This document shows, in pieces, positions 1-12,700 of a DNA stretch of 64,000 nucleotides. The notes beneath the pieces were generated by a model that did not search any database, was not told where the DNA came from, and saw only the letters and a program-made list of their open reading frames with translations. This DNA comes from Antedon mediterranea (taxonomy: Eukaryota; Animalia; Echinodermata), in NCBI RefSeq assembly GCF_964355755.1, contig NC_092670.1, forward strand, positions 1,478,201-1,542,200. The letters run 5' to 3'. Numbering within the stretch: the first letter of the stretch is position 1; each line of letters begins with the position of its first letter. A program made the position numbers and the translations under genes.

Positions 1-302
1 AACTTTACTTACAGATTCACATATATCTTTCTCATACTCAATGTACAAGTCTGACGAGCTGTCATCTAAGTCGTCAACAAATTGTGCTTCATCATTTCCA
101 ACATTTGTAATGCGGATGCTCACATCAAAAGTTGCAGCTACAATGAATATATTTTTAAATGTTGTTACTTTGTTCTAACCCTATAATTAAAATACTATTC
201 TAACTATTCTAATTTATATGAAAGCCTTTACCCACTCCCAAATGCGTTTGTGATTAAATAGGTACACATTTCACGTAAAATAGTATGTCATGGATAATAT
301 GC

Positions 303-757
303 CTAAAAATGAGGGTACTTTCTTTCCTTCATATGAGATATCTTTTGTAAAATAACAATATCTCTATTGTTCCTACCCTTCGGCTGAGAAAAATGTTTGC
401 ATGCTGGGACATTTGAGATCCAATCGCAGTAACCTAGCTCTTGGTTGAAGGCAAATCCTTCGCTACAAGCTAGCTGTGTTTGAACCAAAAAACAAGAATA
501 ATACCGCGTACAATCTGCTGGATCTCTGTAGTAATTTAGCCCCACTGGTTTATCCCTACATGTAAACGTTGCGTCAGGATTTGACACGCACTGAACATTG
601 GCTGGCCAATCACAACTGCGTATTTGCTCATTGAAGTACTGCGTGGAACTACAAGATAACTCCAACATATCGGTTTGGCACTGAAAGTAGTACATACAAT
701 CTGTAGGGTCCGCGTAATACCCCGTTGGATAGTCCCAGCAAGAAAAGCCATCGAAGC
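303..757 (-). CDS. Chitinase terminal exon: two CBM14 (chitin-binding type 2) domains
   Basis: Acceptor ttttgcag|GC. The exon reads [33 protein letters not shown] and [26 protein letters not shown], paralogous to the N-terminal pairs. Confidence 0.85.
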
Positions 758-3700
758 CTGCAAAAGAAGTAATTCAAACCATTTCTTTGGCATTTTTGTT
801 ATATAGTTCATTATAAAGTATTCGTATATATATTTGTAGAGTAGGCCCTACGACCTAATTACCTAGACTTAATGCATAGTGTCTTTTATTTTATAAAAGA
901 TAACTATAATAGCACATCGATTAATGTCAAACTCAACTTTTTAAAATAAGTTTTATGAATTGCAATACTGACCTTCGTCCGTGTGTCCATCTTCATTAAT
1001 AGTTGTTGTTGCAGTTTCTTCTGTAATTTCTGGTACTATAGGATCTTCTGTTGGGTTTGTAATGACGTCATTTTCTAAATTAGTTTTGATAGCATTTAAT
1101 AATGGATATTCTCCTTCGTTGCAGTGACTGTTGCTAAAGTCATCTAAATCAATTGCCCAAACTATCACACCACCGTATCTGTTTTCTTTTATCCAATCCA
1201 TCTGTAATATAAAAGTATACGTTTTTAATAGAATTGTAAATTTGTAATACAATGTTTTCGTCTGATAAGAATGAAGAATAATTTTAGTTCATGTACATCG
1301 ACTGATTACCTTATTTGTTATACTTTGTATATCATCATATCCAACCCATTGATTACCATTGTAAGCATATGGTGATTGTAATACATCATCGAGTACAGAA
1401 GTTCCACCATTTTGTAAAAGATCACATATCTGTAGAATGTTTAATAGGTTTAATCAATATTACTCTACGTTACTGTACACAAATATATAAATCCAATGAC
1501 ACTCATTAAATAGAAAGCTTTGATTATAATTAAACTATGTTTTCCCCTTTTAAGAATGGACTAACTTGTCTAATTTTCTCCCAAGTCCCTATTCTCCGGC
1601 ACAAGTGAAAATACTTACTTCATAGTAAGCCATAAATCCTGCCTCTCCAGTGTAAGTCCCTGGAGTACCTCCTCCATTAGTCGGTGCTCCAAGTCCTGTA
1701 GCTGAAGTTGATAATGTAAAAGAACGTCCATATGTACCAATACCAATCATTAACTTGTTGCCTGGAACTCCTCCATCTGACCACATTGTCGCTGCGTAAG
1801 ACTAAATTAATTTGGTAATAATTATATTTATTTACCATTACAATCTTTCTTTGTTCTTAATTTATTATCTTGTGATGATATATTCTAAAACTTACAACTG
1901 TCGTCGTTTGGTCCTGGCCTGGTGGAGCGAATAAGGCGCTATGATGACCAGTTTGTGATTCCCACGATCCATGTAAATCATACGACATGATTCCTATCCA
2001 ATCCAAGTGTCTAAATAATCAAAACATGACATTTTCATTAATAAATGTAGACAATAAATCTCAGGACTGAATTATTATTGAATACTTTCTCCAAAAACTT
2101 ACTTTGCTATTTCTGCCATTTCATATCCATTTGTAGCAGTTTCTTGTCCAGCTGATACTGCTGCCGTAATAAGTAACTTTTCCCGACTTCCGTCATATTC
2201 TTCATCAAACGCTTGTCGCAGTTCCTTTCATTTTATAAGAAATAAATGTTGTATTATTGTATTATATTACATATATATGTATCAAAGTTAAGTTGTTTTA
2301 GTTGTGTAGTGTTTATTGAGAAAGCCTATATTACCTGTACAAGTAAAGTGAATCGTTGTTTATCAATTGCTGGACTACCACGTGCTGCTGGATATTCCCA
2401 GTCTAAATCAAGCCCGTCAAAATTCCTTTCTCTAAGATATGTTATAGATGTAGATATGAAATGCTGTCGATTGGCTGACGTAGAGACCATAGCCGAAAAC
2501 GGTGCCACTCCAAAGTTCCATCCTCCAATCGCCAACAGAACTTTTAAATCTGTATTCTGATTCTTTAATTCGTTTACCTTTAAAAAGAAATAGTGGGCTA
2601 AGTTTTAAGTAAAATGTAGGGACGAATACCTGAAAGTGAAAGGCATTAATATTGGCTTCATGAGATTATTTAGGTATCACACAATACATTTTGTTAGAAA
2701 GTTTTATGTCAATTCATTTTATGTAATGATAATAGGTACCTTGGAATACATTCCTTGAGACCAATCTGTGTCGTCATCATTCCATTCAAATGGTATCAAC
2801 TCATGTTGAGCATTCATGTTAGCGAATGAGTAAACGATATGAGTACAAAGATACGGGTCAATGTTGTCAGGAGTGAATGTACCAGAGCCCGCTCGATACT
2901 GCGCCCAGTTAGTATAGTAACATATCCTTTTATATGAAGACCCTATAGATAAACAAATTATTATTATTTGTAGAAATAAGGTGTTATGCTGTTTTGGATA
3001 AATCAGAATACATGCACATGTTATATAAATCTTAAATCAATGTTCATTAACTTGCAATTGTTTAAATTGTTTATAAATTGGATTCGTTCATTCAAAAATA
3101 GATTTGAGCAATTGCATATGATGGGTTTACCTTCGTCTGTGTGTCCATCATCATTAATAGTTGTGGTTTCTAAAGTTTCAGTTTCTTCTGTAATTTCTGA
3201 TACTACAGGATCTTCTGTTGGGTTTGTAATGACGTCATTTTCTAAATTAGTTTTGATAGCATTTAATAATGGATATTCTCCTTCGTTGCAGTGACTGTTG
3301 CTAAAGTCATCTAAATCAATTGCCCAAACTATCACACCACCGTATCTGTTTTCTTTTATCCAATCCATCTGTAATATAAAAGTATACGTTTTTAATAGAA
3401 TTGTAAATTTGTAATACAATGTTTTCGTCTCATAAGAATGAAGAATAATTTTAGTTCATGTACATCGACTGATTACCTTATTTGTTATACTTTGTATATC
3501 ATCATATCCAACCCATTGATTACCATTGTAAGCATATGGTGATTGTAATACATCATCGAGTACAGAAGTTCCACCATTTTGTAAAAGATCACATATCTGT
3601 AGAATGTTTAATAGGTTTAATCAATATTACTCTACGTTACTGTACACAAATATATAAATCCAATGACACTCATTAAATAGAAAGCTTTGATTATAATTAA

Positions 3701-6700
3701 ACTATGTTTTCCCCTTTTAAGAATGGACTAACTTGTCTAATTTTCTCCCAAGTCCCTATTCTCCGGCACAAGTGAAAATACTTACTTCATAGTAAGCCAT
3801 AAATCCTGCCTCTCCAGTGTAAGTCCCTGGAGTACCTCCTCCATTAGTCGGTGCTCCAAGTCCTGTAGCTGAAGTTGATAATGTAAAAGAACGTCCATAT
3901 GTACCAATACCAATCATTAACTTGTTGCCTGGAACTCCTCCATCTGACCACATTGTCGCTGCGTAAGACTAAATTAATTTGGTAATAATTATATTTATTT
4001 ACCATTACAATCTTTCTTTGTTCTTAATTTATTATCTTGTGATGATATATTTTAAAACTTACAACTGTCGTCGTTTGGTCCTGGCCTGGTGGAGCGAATA
4101 AGGCGCTATGATGACCAGTTTGTGATTCCCACGATCCATGTAAATCATACGACATGATTCCTATCCAATCCAAGTGTCTAAATAATCAAAACATGACATT
4201 TTCATTAATAAATGTAGACAATAAATCTCAGGACTGAATTATTATTGAATACTTTCTCCAAAAACTTACTTTGCTATTTCTGCCATTTCATATCCATTTG
4301 TAGCAGTTTCTTGTCCAGCTGATACTGCTGCCGTAATAAGTAACTTTTCCCGACTTCCGTCATATTCTTCATCAAACGCTTGTCGCAGTTCCTGTCATTT
4401 TATAAGAAATAAATGTTGTAGTATTGTATTATATTACATATATATGTATCAAAGTTAAGTTGTTTTAGTTGTGTAGTGTTTATTGAGAAAGCCTATATTA
4501 CCTGTACAAGTAAAGTGAATCGTTGTTTATCAATTGCTGGACTACCACGTGCTGCTGGATATTCCCAGTCTAAATCAAGCCCGTCAAAATTCCTTTCTCT
4601 AAGATATGTTATAGATGTAGATATGAAATGCTGTCGATTGGCTGACGTAGAGACCATAGCCGAAAACGGTGCCACTCCAAAGTTCCATCCTCCAATCGCC
4701 AACAGAACTTTTAAATCTGTATTCTGATTCTTTAATTCGTTTACCTTTAAAAAGAAATAGTGGGCTAAGTTTTAAGTAAAATGTAGGGACTAATACCAGA
4801 AAGTGAAAGGCATTAATATAAATTGGCTTCATGAGATTATTTAGGTATCACACAATACATTTTGTTAGAAAGTTTTATGTCAATTCATTTTATGTTTGAT
4901 TTTTTTCTTGTAGTTTACCTATTGATTTAAACATAATGTAATGATAATAGGTACCTTGGAATACATTCCTTGAGACCAATCTGTGTCGTCATCATTCCAT
5001 TCAAATGGTATCAACTCATGTTGAGCATTCATGTTAGCGAATGAGTAAACGATATGAGTACAAAGATACGGGTCAATGTTGTCAGGAGTGAATGTACCAG
5101 AGCCCGCTCGATACTGCGCCCAGTTAGTATAGTAACATATCCTTTTATATGAAGACCCTATAGATAAACACATTATTATTATTTGTAGAAATAAGGTGTT
5201 ATGCTGTTTTTGATAAATCAGAATACATGCACATGTTATATAAATCTTAAATCAATGTTCATTAACTTGCAATTGTTTAAATTGTTTATAAATTGGTTTC
5301 TTTCTTTCAAAAATAGATTTGAGCAATTGCATATGATGGGTTTACCTTCGTCTGTGTGTCCATCATCATTAATAGTTGTGGTTTCTAAAGTTTCAGTTTC
5401 TTCTGTAATTTCTGATACTACAGGATCTTCTGTTGGGTTTGTAATGACGTCATTTTCTAAATTAGTTTTGATAGCATTTAATAATGGATATTCTCCTTCG
5501 TTGCAGTGACTGTTGCTAAAGTCATCTAAATCAATTGCCCAAACTATCACACCACCGTATCTGTTTTCTTTTATCCAATCCATCTGTAATATAAAAGTAT
5601 ACGTTTTTAATAGAATTGTAAATTTGTAATAAAATGTTTTCGTCTGATAAGAATGAAGAATAATTTTAGTTCATGTACATCGACTGATTACCTTATTTGT
5701 TATACTTTGTATATCATCATATCCAACCCATTGATTACCATTGTAAGCATATGGTGATTGTAATACATCATCGAGTACAGAAGTTCCACCATTTTGTAAA
5801 AGATCACATATCTGTAGAATGTTTAATAGGTTTAATCAATATTACTCTACGTTACTGTACACAAATATATAAATCCAATGACACTCATTAAATAGAAAGC
5901 TTTGATTATAATTAAACTATGTTTTCCCCTTTTAAGAATGGACTAACTTGTCTAATTTTCTCCCAAGTCCCTATTCTCCGGCACAAGTGAAAATACTTAC
6001 TTCATAGTAAGCCATAAATCCTGCCTCTCCAGTGTAAGTCCCTGGAGTACCTCCTCCATTAGTCGGTGCTCCAAGTCCTGTAGCTGAAGTTGATAATGTA
6101 AAAGAACGTCCATATGTACCAATACCAATCATTAACTTGTTGCCTGGAACTCCTCCATCTGACCACATTGTCGCTGCGTAAGACTAAATTAATTTGGTAA
6201 TAATTATATTTATTTACCATTACAATCTTTCTTTGTTCTTAATTTATTATTTTGTGATGATATATTTTAAAACTTACAACTGTCGTCGTTTGGTCCTGGC
6301 CTGGTGGAGCGAATAAGGCGCTATGATGACCAGTTTGTGATTCCCACGATCCATGTAAATCATACGACATGATTCCTATCCAATCCAAGTGTCTAAATAA
6401 TCAAAACATGACATTTTCATTAATAAAAGTAGATAATAAATCTCAGGACTGAATTATCATTGAATACTTTCTCCAAAATCTTACTTTGCTATTTCTGCCA
6501 TTTCATATCCATTTGTAGCAGTTTCTTTTCCAGCTGATACTGCTGCCGTAATAAGTAACTTTTCCCGACTTCCGTCATATTCTTCATCAAACGCTTGTCG
6601 CAGTTCCTGTCATTTTTTAAGAAATAAATATTGTATTATTTAATTATATTATATATATATGTATCAAAGTTAAGTTGTTTTAGTTGTGTAGTGTTTATTG

Positions 6701-9700
6701 AGAAAGCCTATATTACCTGTACAAGTAAAGTGAATCGTTCTTTATCAATTGCTGGACTACCACGTGCTGCTGGATATTCCCAGTCTAAATCAAGCCCGTC
6801 AAAATTCCTTTCTCTAAGATATGTTATAGATGTAGATATGAAATGCTGTCGATTGGCTGACGTAGAGACCATACCCGAAAACGGTGCCACTCCAAAGTTC
6901 CATCCTCCAATCGCCAACAGAACTTTTAAATCTGTATTCTGATTCTTTAATTCGTTTACCTTTAAAAAGAAATAGTGGGCTAAGTTTTAAGTAAAATGTA
7001 GGGACGAATACCAAAAAGTGAAAGGCATTAATTTTGGCTTCATGAGATTATTTAGGTATCACACAATACATTTTGTTAGAAAGTTTTATGTCAATTCATT
7101 TTATGTAATGATAATAGGTACCTTGGAATACATTCCTTGAGACCAATCTGTGTCGTCATCATTCCATTCAAATGGTATCAACTCATGTTGAGCATTCATG
7201 TTAGCGAATGAGTAAACGATATGAGTACAAAGATACGGGTCAATGTTGTCAGGAGTGAATGTACCAGAGCCCGCTCGATACTGCGCCCAGTTAGTATAGT
7301 AACATATCCTTTTATATGAAGACCCTATAGATAAACAAATTATTATTATTTGTAGAAATAAGGTGTTATGCTGTTTTGGATAAATCAGAATACATGCACA
7401 TGTTATATAAATCTTAAATCAATGTTCATTAACTTGCAATTGTTTAAATTGTTTATAAATTGGATTCTTTCATTCAAAAATAGATTTGAGCAATTGCATA
7501 TGATGGGTTTACCTTCGTCTGTGTGTCCATCATCATTAATAGTTGTGGTTTCTAAAGTTTCAGTTTCTTCTGTAATTTCTGATACTACAGGATCTTCTGT
7601 TGGGTTTGTAATGACGTCATTTTCTAAATTAGTTTTGATAGCATTTAATAATGGATATTCTCCTTCGTTGCAGTGACTGTTGCTAAAGTCATCTAAATCA
7701 ATTGCCCAAACTATCACACCACCGTATCTGTTTTCTTTTATCCAATCCATCTGTAATATAAAAGTATACGTTTTTAATAGAATTGTAAATTTGTAATGCA
7801 ATGTTTTCGTCTGATAAGAATGAAGAATAATTTTAGTTCATGTACATCGACTGATTACCTTATTTGTTATACTTTGTATATCATCATATCCAACCCATTG
7901 ATTACCATTGTAAGCATATGGTGATTGTAATACATCATCGAGTTTAGAAGTTCCACCATTTTGTAAAAGATCACATATCTGTAGAATGTTTAATAGGTTT
8001 AATCAATATTACTCTACGTTACTGTACACAAATATATAAATCCAATGACACTCATTAAATAGAAAGCTTTGATTATAATTAAACTATGTTTTCCCCTTTT
8101 AAGAATGGACTAACTTGTCTAATTTTTTCCGAAGTCCCTATTCTCCGGCACAAGTGAAAATACCTACTTCATAGTAAGCCATAAATCCTGCCTCTCCAGT
8201 GTAAGTCCCTGGAGTACCTCCTCCATTAATCGGTGCTCCAAGTCCTGTAGCTGAAGTTGATAATGTAAAAGAACGTCCATATGTACCAATACCAATCATT
8301 AACTTGTTGCCTGGAACTCCTCCATCTGACCACATTGTCGCTGCGTAAGACTAAATTAATTTGGTAATAATTATATTTATTTACCATTACAATCTTTCTT
8401 TGTTCTTAATTTAATATTTTGTGATGATATATTTTAAAACTTACAACTGTCGTCGTTTGGTCCTGGCCTGGTGGAGCAAATAAAGCGCTATGATGACCAG
8501 TTTGTGATTCCCACGATCCATGTAAATCATACGACATGATTCCTATCCAATCCAAGTGTCTAAATAATCAAAACATGACATTTTCATTAATAAAAGTAGA
8601 CAATAAATCTCAGGACTGAATTATTATTGAATACTTTCTCCAAAAACTTACTTTGCTATTTCTGCCATTTCATATCCATTTGTAGCAGTTTCTTGTCCAG
8701 CTGATACTGCTGCCGTAACAAGTAACTTTTCCCGACTTCCGTCATATTCTTCATCAAACGCTTGTCGCAGTTCCTGTCATTTTATAAGAAATAAATGTTG
8801 TATTATTGTATTATATTATATATATATGTATCAAAGTTAAGTTGTTTTAGTTGTGTAGTGTTTATTGAGAAAGCCTATATTACCTGTACAAGTAAAGTGA
8901 ATCGTTGTTTATCAATTGCTGGACTACCACGTGCTGCTGGATATTCCCAGTCTAAATCAAGCCCGTCAACATTCCTTTCTCTAAGATATGTTATAGATGT
9001 AGATATGAAATGCTGTCGATTGGCTGACGTAGAGACCATAGCCGAAAACGGTGCCACTCCAAAGTTCCATCCTCCAATCGCCAACAGAACTTTTAAATCT
9101 GTATTCTGATTCTTTAATTCGTTTACCTTTAAAAAGAAATAGTGGGCTAAGTTTTAAGTAAAATGTAGGTTTGATGGGACTAATACCAGAAAGTGAAAGG
9201 CATTAATATAAATTGGCTCCATGAGATTATTTAGGTATCACACAATACATTTTGTTAGAAAGTTTTATGTCAATTCATTTTATGTAATGATAATAGGTAC
9301 CTTGGAATACATTCCTTGAGACCAATCTGTGTCGTCATCATTCCATTCAAATGGTATCAACTCATGTTGAGCATTCATGTTAGCGAATGAGTAAACGATA
9401 TGAGTACAAAGATACGGGTCAATGTTGTCAGGAGTGAATGTACCAGAGCCCGCTCGATACTGCGCCCAGTTAGTATAGTAACATATCCTTTTATATGAAG
9501 ACCCTATAGATAAACACATTATTATTATTTGTAGAAATAAGGTGTTATGCTGTTTTGGATAAATCAGAATACATGCACATGTTATATAAATCTTAAATCA
9601 ATGTTCATTAACTTGCAATTGTTTAAATTGTTTATAAATTGGATTCGTTCATTCAAAAATAGATTTGAGCAATTGCATATGATGGGTTTACCTTCGTCTG

Positions 9701-12700
9701 TGTGTCCATCATCATTAATAGTTGTGGTTTCTAAAGTTTCAGTTTCTTCTGTAATTTCTGATACTACAGGATCTTCTGTTGGGTTTGTAATGACGTCATT
9801 TTCTAAATTAGTTTTGATAGCATTTAATAATGGATATTCTCCTTCGTTGCAGTGACTGTTGCTAAAGTCATCTAAATCAATTGCCCAAACTATCACACCA
9901 CCGTATCTGTTTTCTTTTATCCAATCCATCTGTAATATAAAAGTATACGTTTTTAATAGAATTGTAAATTTGTAATACAATGTTTTCGTCTGATAAGAAT
10001 GAAGAATAATTTTAGTTCATGTACATCGACTGATTACCTTATTTGTTATACTTTGTATATCATCATATCCAACCCATTGATTACCATTGTAAGCATATGG
10101 TGATTGTAATACATCATCGAGTACAGAAGTTCCACCATTTTGTAAAAGATCACATATCTGTAGAATGTTTGATAGGTTTAATCAATATTACTCTACGTTA
10201 CTGTACACAAATATATAAATCCAATGACACTCATTAAATAGAAAGCTTTGATTATAATTAAACTATGTTTTCCCCTTTTAAGAATGGACTAACTTGTCTA
10301 ATTTTCTCCCAAGTCCCTATTCTCCGGCACAAGTGAAAATACTTAATTCATAGTAAGCCATAAATCCTGCCTCTCCAGTGTAAGTCCCTGAAGTACCTCC
10401 TCCATTAGTCGGAGCTCCAAGTCCTGTAGCTGAAGTTGATAATGTAAAAGAACGTCCATATGTACCAATACCAATCATTAACTTGTTGCCTGGAACTCCT
10501 CCATCTGACCACATTGTCGCTGCGTAAGACTAAATTAATTTGGTAATAATTATATTTATTTACCATTACAATCTTTCTTTGTTCTTAATTTATTATCTTG
10601 TGATGATATATTCTAAAACTTACAACTGTCGTCGTTTGGTCCTGGCCTGGTGGAGCGAATAAGGCGCTATGATGACCAGTTTGTGATTCCCACGATCCAT
10701 GTAAATCATACGACATGATTCCTATCCAATCCAAGTGTCTAAATAATCAAAACATGACATTTTCATTAATAAATGTAGACAATAAATCTCAGGACTGAAT
10801 TATTATTGAATACTTTCTCCAAAAACTTACTTTGCTATTTCTGCCATTTCATATCCATTTGTAGCAGTTTCTTGTCCAGCTGATACTGCTGCCGTAATAA
10901 GTAACTTTTCCCGACTTCCGTCATATTCTTCATCAAACGCTTGTCGCAGTTCCTGTCATTTTATAAGAAATAAATGTTGTATTATTGTATTATATTACAT
11001 ATATATGTATCAAAGTTAAGTTGTTTTAGTTGTGTAGTGTTTATTGAGAAAGCCTATATTACCTGTACAAGTAAAGTGAATCGTTGTTTATCAATTGCTG
11101 GACTACCACGTGCTGCTGGATATTCCCAGTCTAAATCAAGCCCGTCAAAATTCCTTTCTCTAAGATATGTTATAGATGTAGATATGAAATGCTGTCGATT
11201 GGCTGACGTAGAGACCATAGCCGAAAACGGTGCCACTCCAAAGTTCCATCCTCCAATCGCCAACAGAACTTTTAAATCTGTATTCTGATTCTTTAATTCG
11301 TTTACCTTTAAAAAGAAATAGTGGGCTAAGTTTTAAGTAAAATGTAGGTTTGATGGGACTTATACCAGAAAGTGAAAGGCATTAATATAAATTGGTTTCA
11401 TGAGATTATTTAGGTATCACACAATACATTTTGTTAGAAAGTGTTATGTCAATTCATTTTATGTAATGATAATAGGTACCTTGGAATACATTCCTTGAGA
11501 CCAATCTGTGTCGTCATCATTCCATTCAAATGGTATCAACTCATGTTGAGCATTCATGTTAGCGAATGAGTAAACGATATGAGTACAAAGATACGGGTCA
11601 ATGTTGTCAGGAGTGAATGTACCAGAGCCCGCTCGATACTGCGCCCAGTTAGTATAGTAACATATCCTTTTATATGAAGACCCTATAGATAAACACATTA
11701 TTATTATTTGTAGAAATAAGGTGTTATGCTGTTTTGGATGAATCAGAATACATGCACATGTTATATAAATCTTAAATCAATGTTCATTAACTTGCAATTG
11801 TTTAAATTGTTTATAAATTGGTTTCTTTCTTTCAAAAATAGAATTGAGCAATTGCATATGATGGGTTTACCTTCGTTTGTGTGTCCATCTTCATTAATAG
11901 TTGTGGTTTCTAAAGTTTTAGTTTCTTCTGTAATTTCTGATACTACAGGATCTTCTGTTGGGTTTGTAATGACGTCATTTTCTAAATTAGTTTTGATAGC
12001 ATTTAATAATGGATATTCTCCTTCGTTGCAGTGACTGTTGCTAAAGTCATCTAAATCAATTGCCCAAACTATCACACCACCGTATCTGTTTTCTTTTATC
12101 CAATCCATCTGTAATATAAAAGTATACGTTTTTAATAGAATTGTAAATTTGTAATACAATGTTTTTGTCTCATAAGAATGAAGAATAATTTTAGTTCATG
12201 TACATCGACTGATTACCTTATTTGTTATACTTTGTATATCATCATATCCAACCCATTGATTACCATTGTAAGCATATGGTGATTGTAATACATCATCGAG
12301 TACAGAAGTTCCACCATTTTGTGAAAGATCACATATCTGTAGAATGTTTAATAGGTTTAATCAATATTACTCTACGTTACTGTACACAAATATATAAATC
12401 CAATGACACTCATTAAATAGAAAGCTTTGATTATAATTAAACTATGTTTACCCCTTTTAAGAATGGACTAACTTGTCTAATTTTCTCCCAAGTCCCTATT
12501 CTCCGGCACAAGTGAAAATACTTACTTCATAGTAAGCCATAAATCCTGCCTCTCCAGTGTAAGTCCCTGGAGTACCTCCTCCATTAGTCGGTGCTCCAAG
12601 TCCTGTAGCTGAAGTTGATAATGTAAAAGAACGTCCATATGTACCAATACCAATCATTAACTTGTTGCCTGGAACTCCTCCATCTGACCACATTGTCGCT

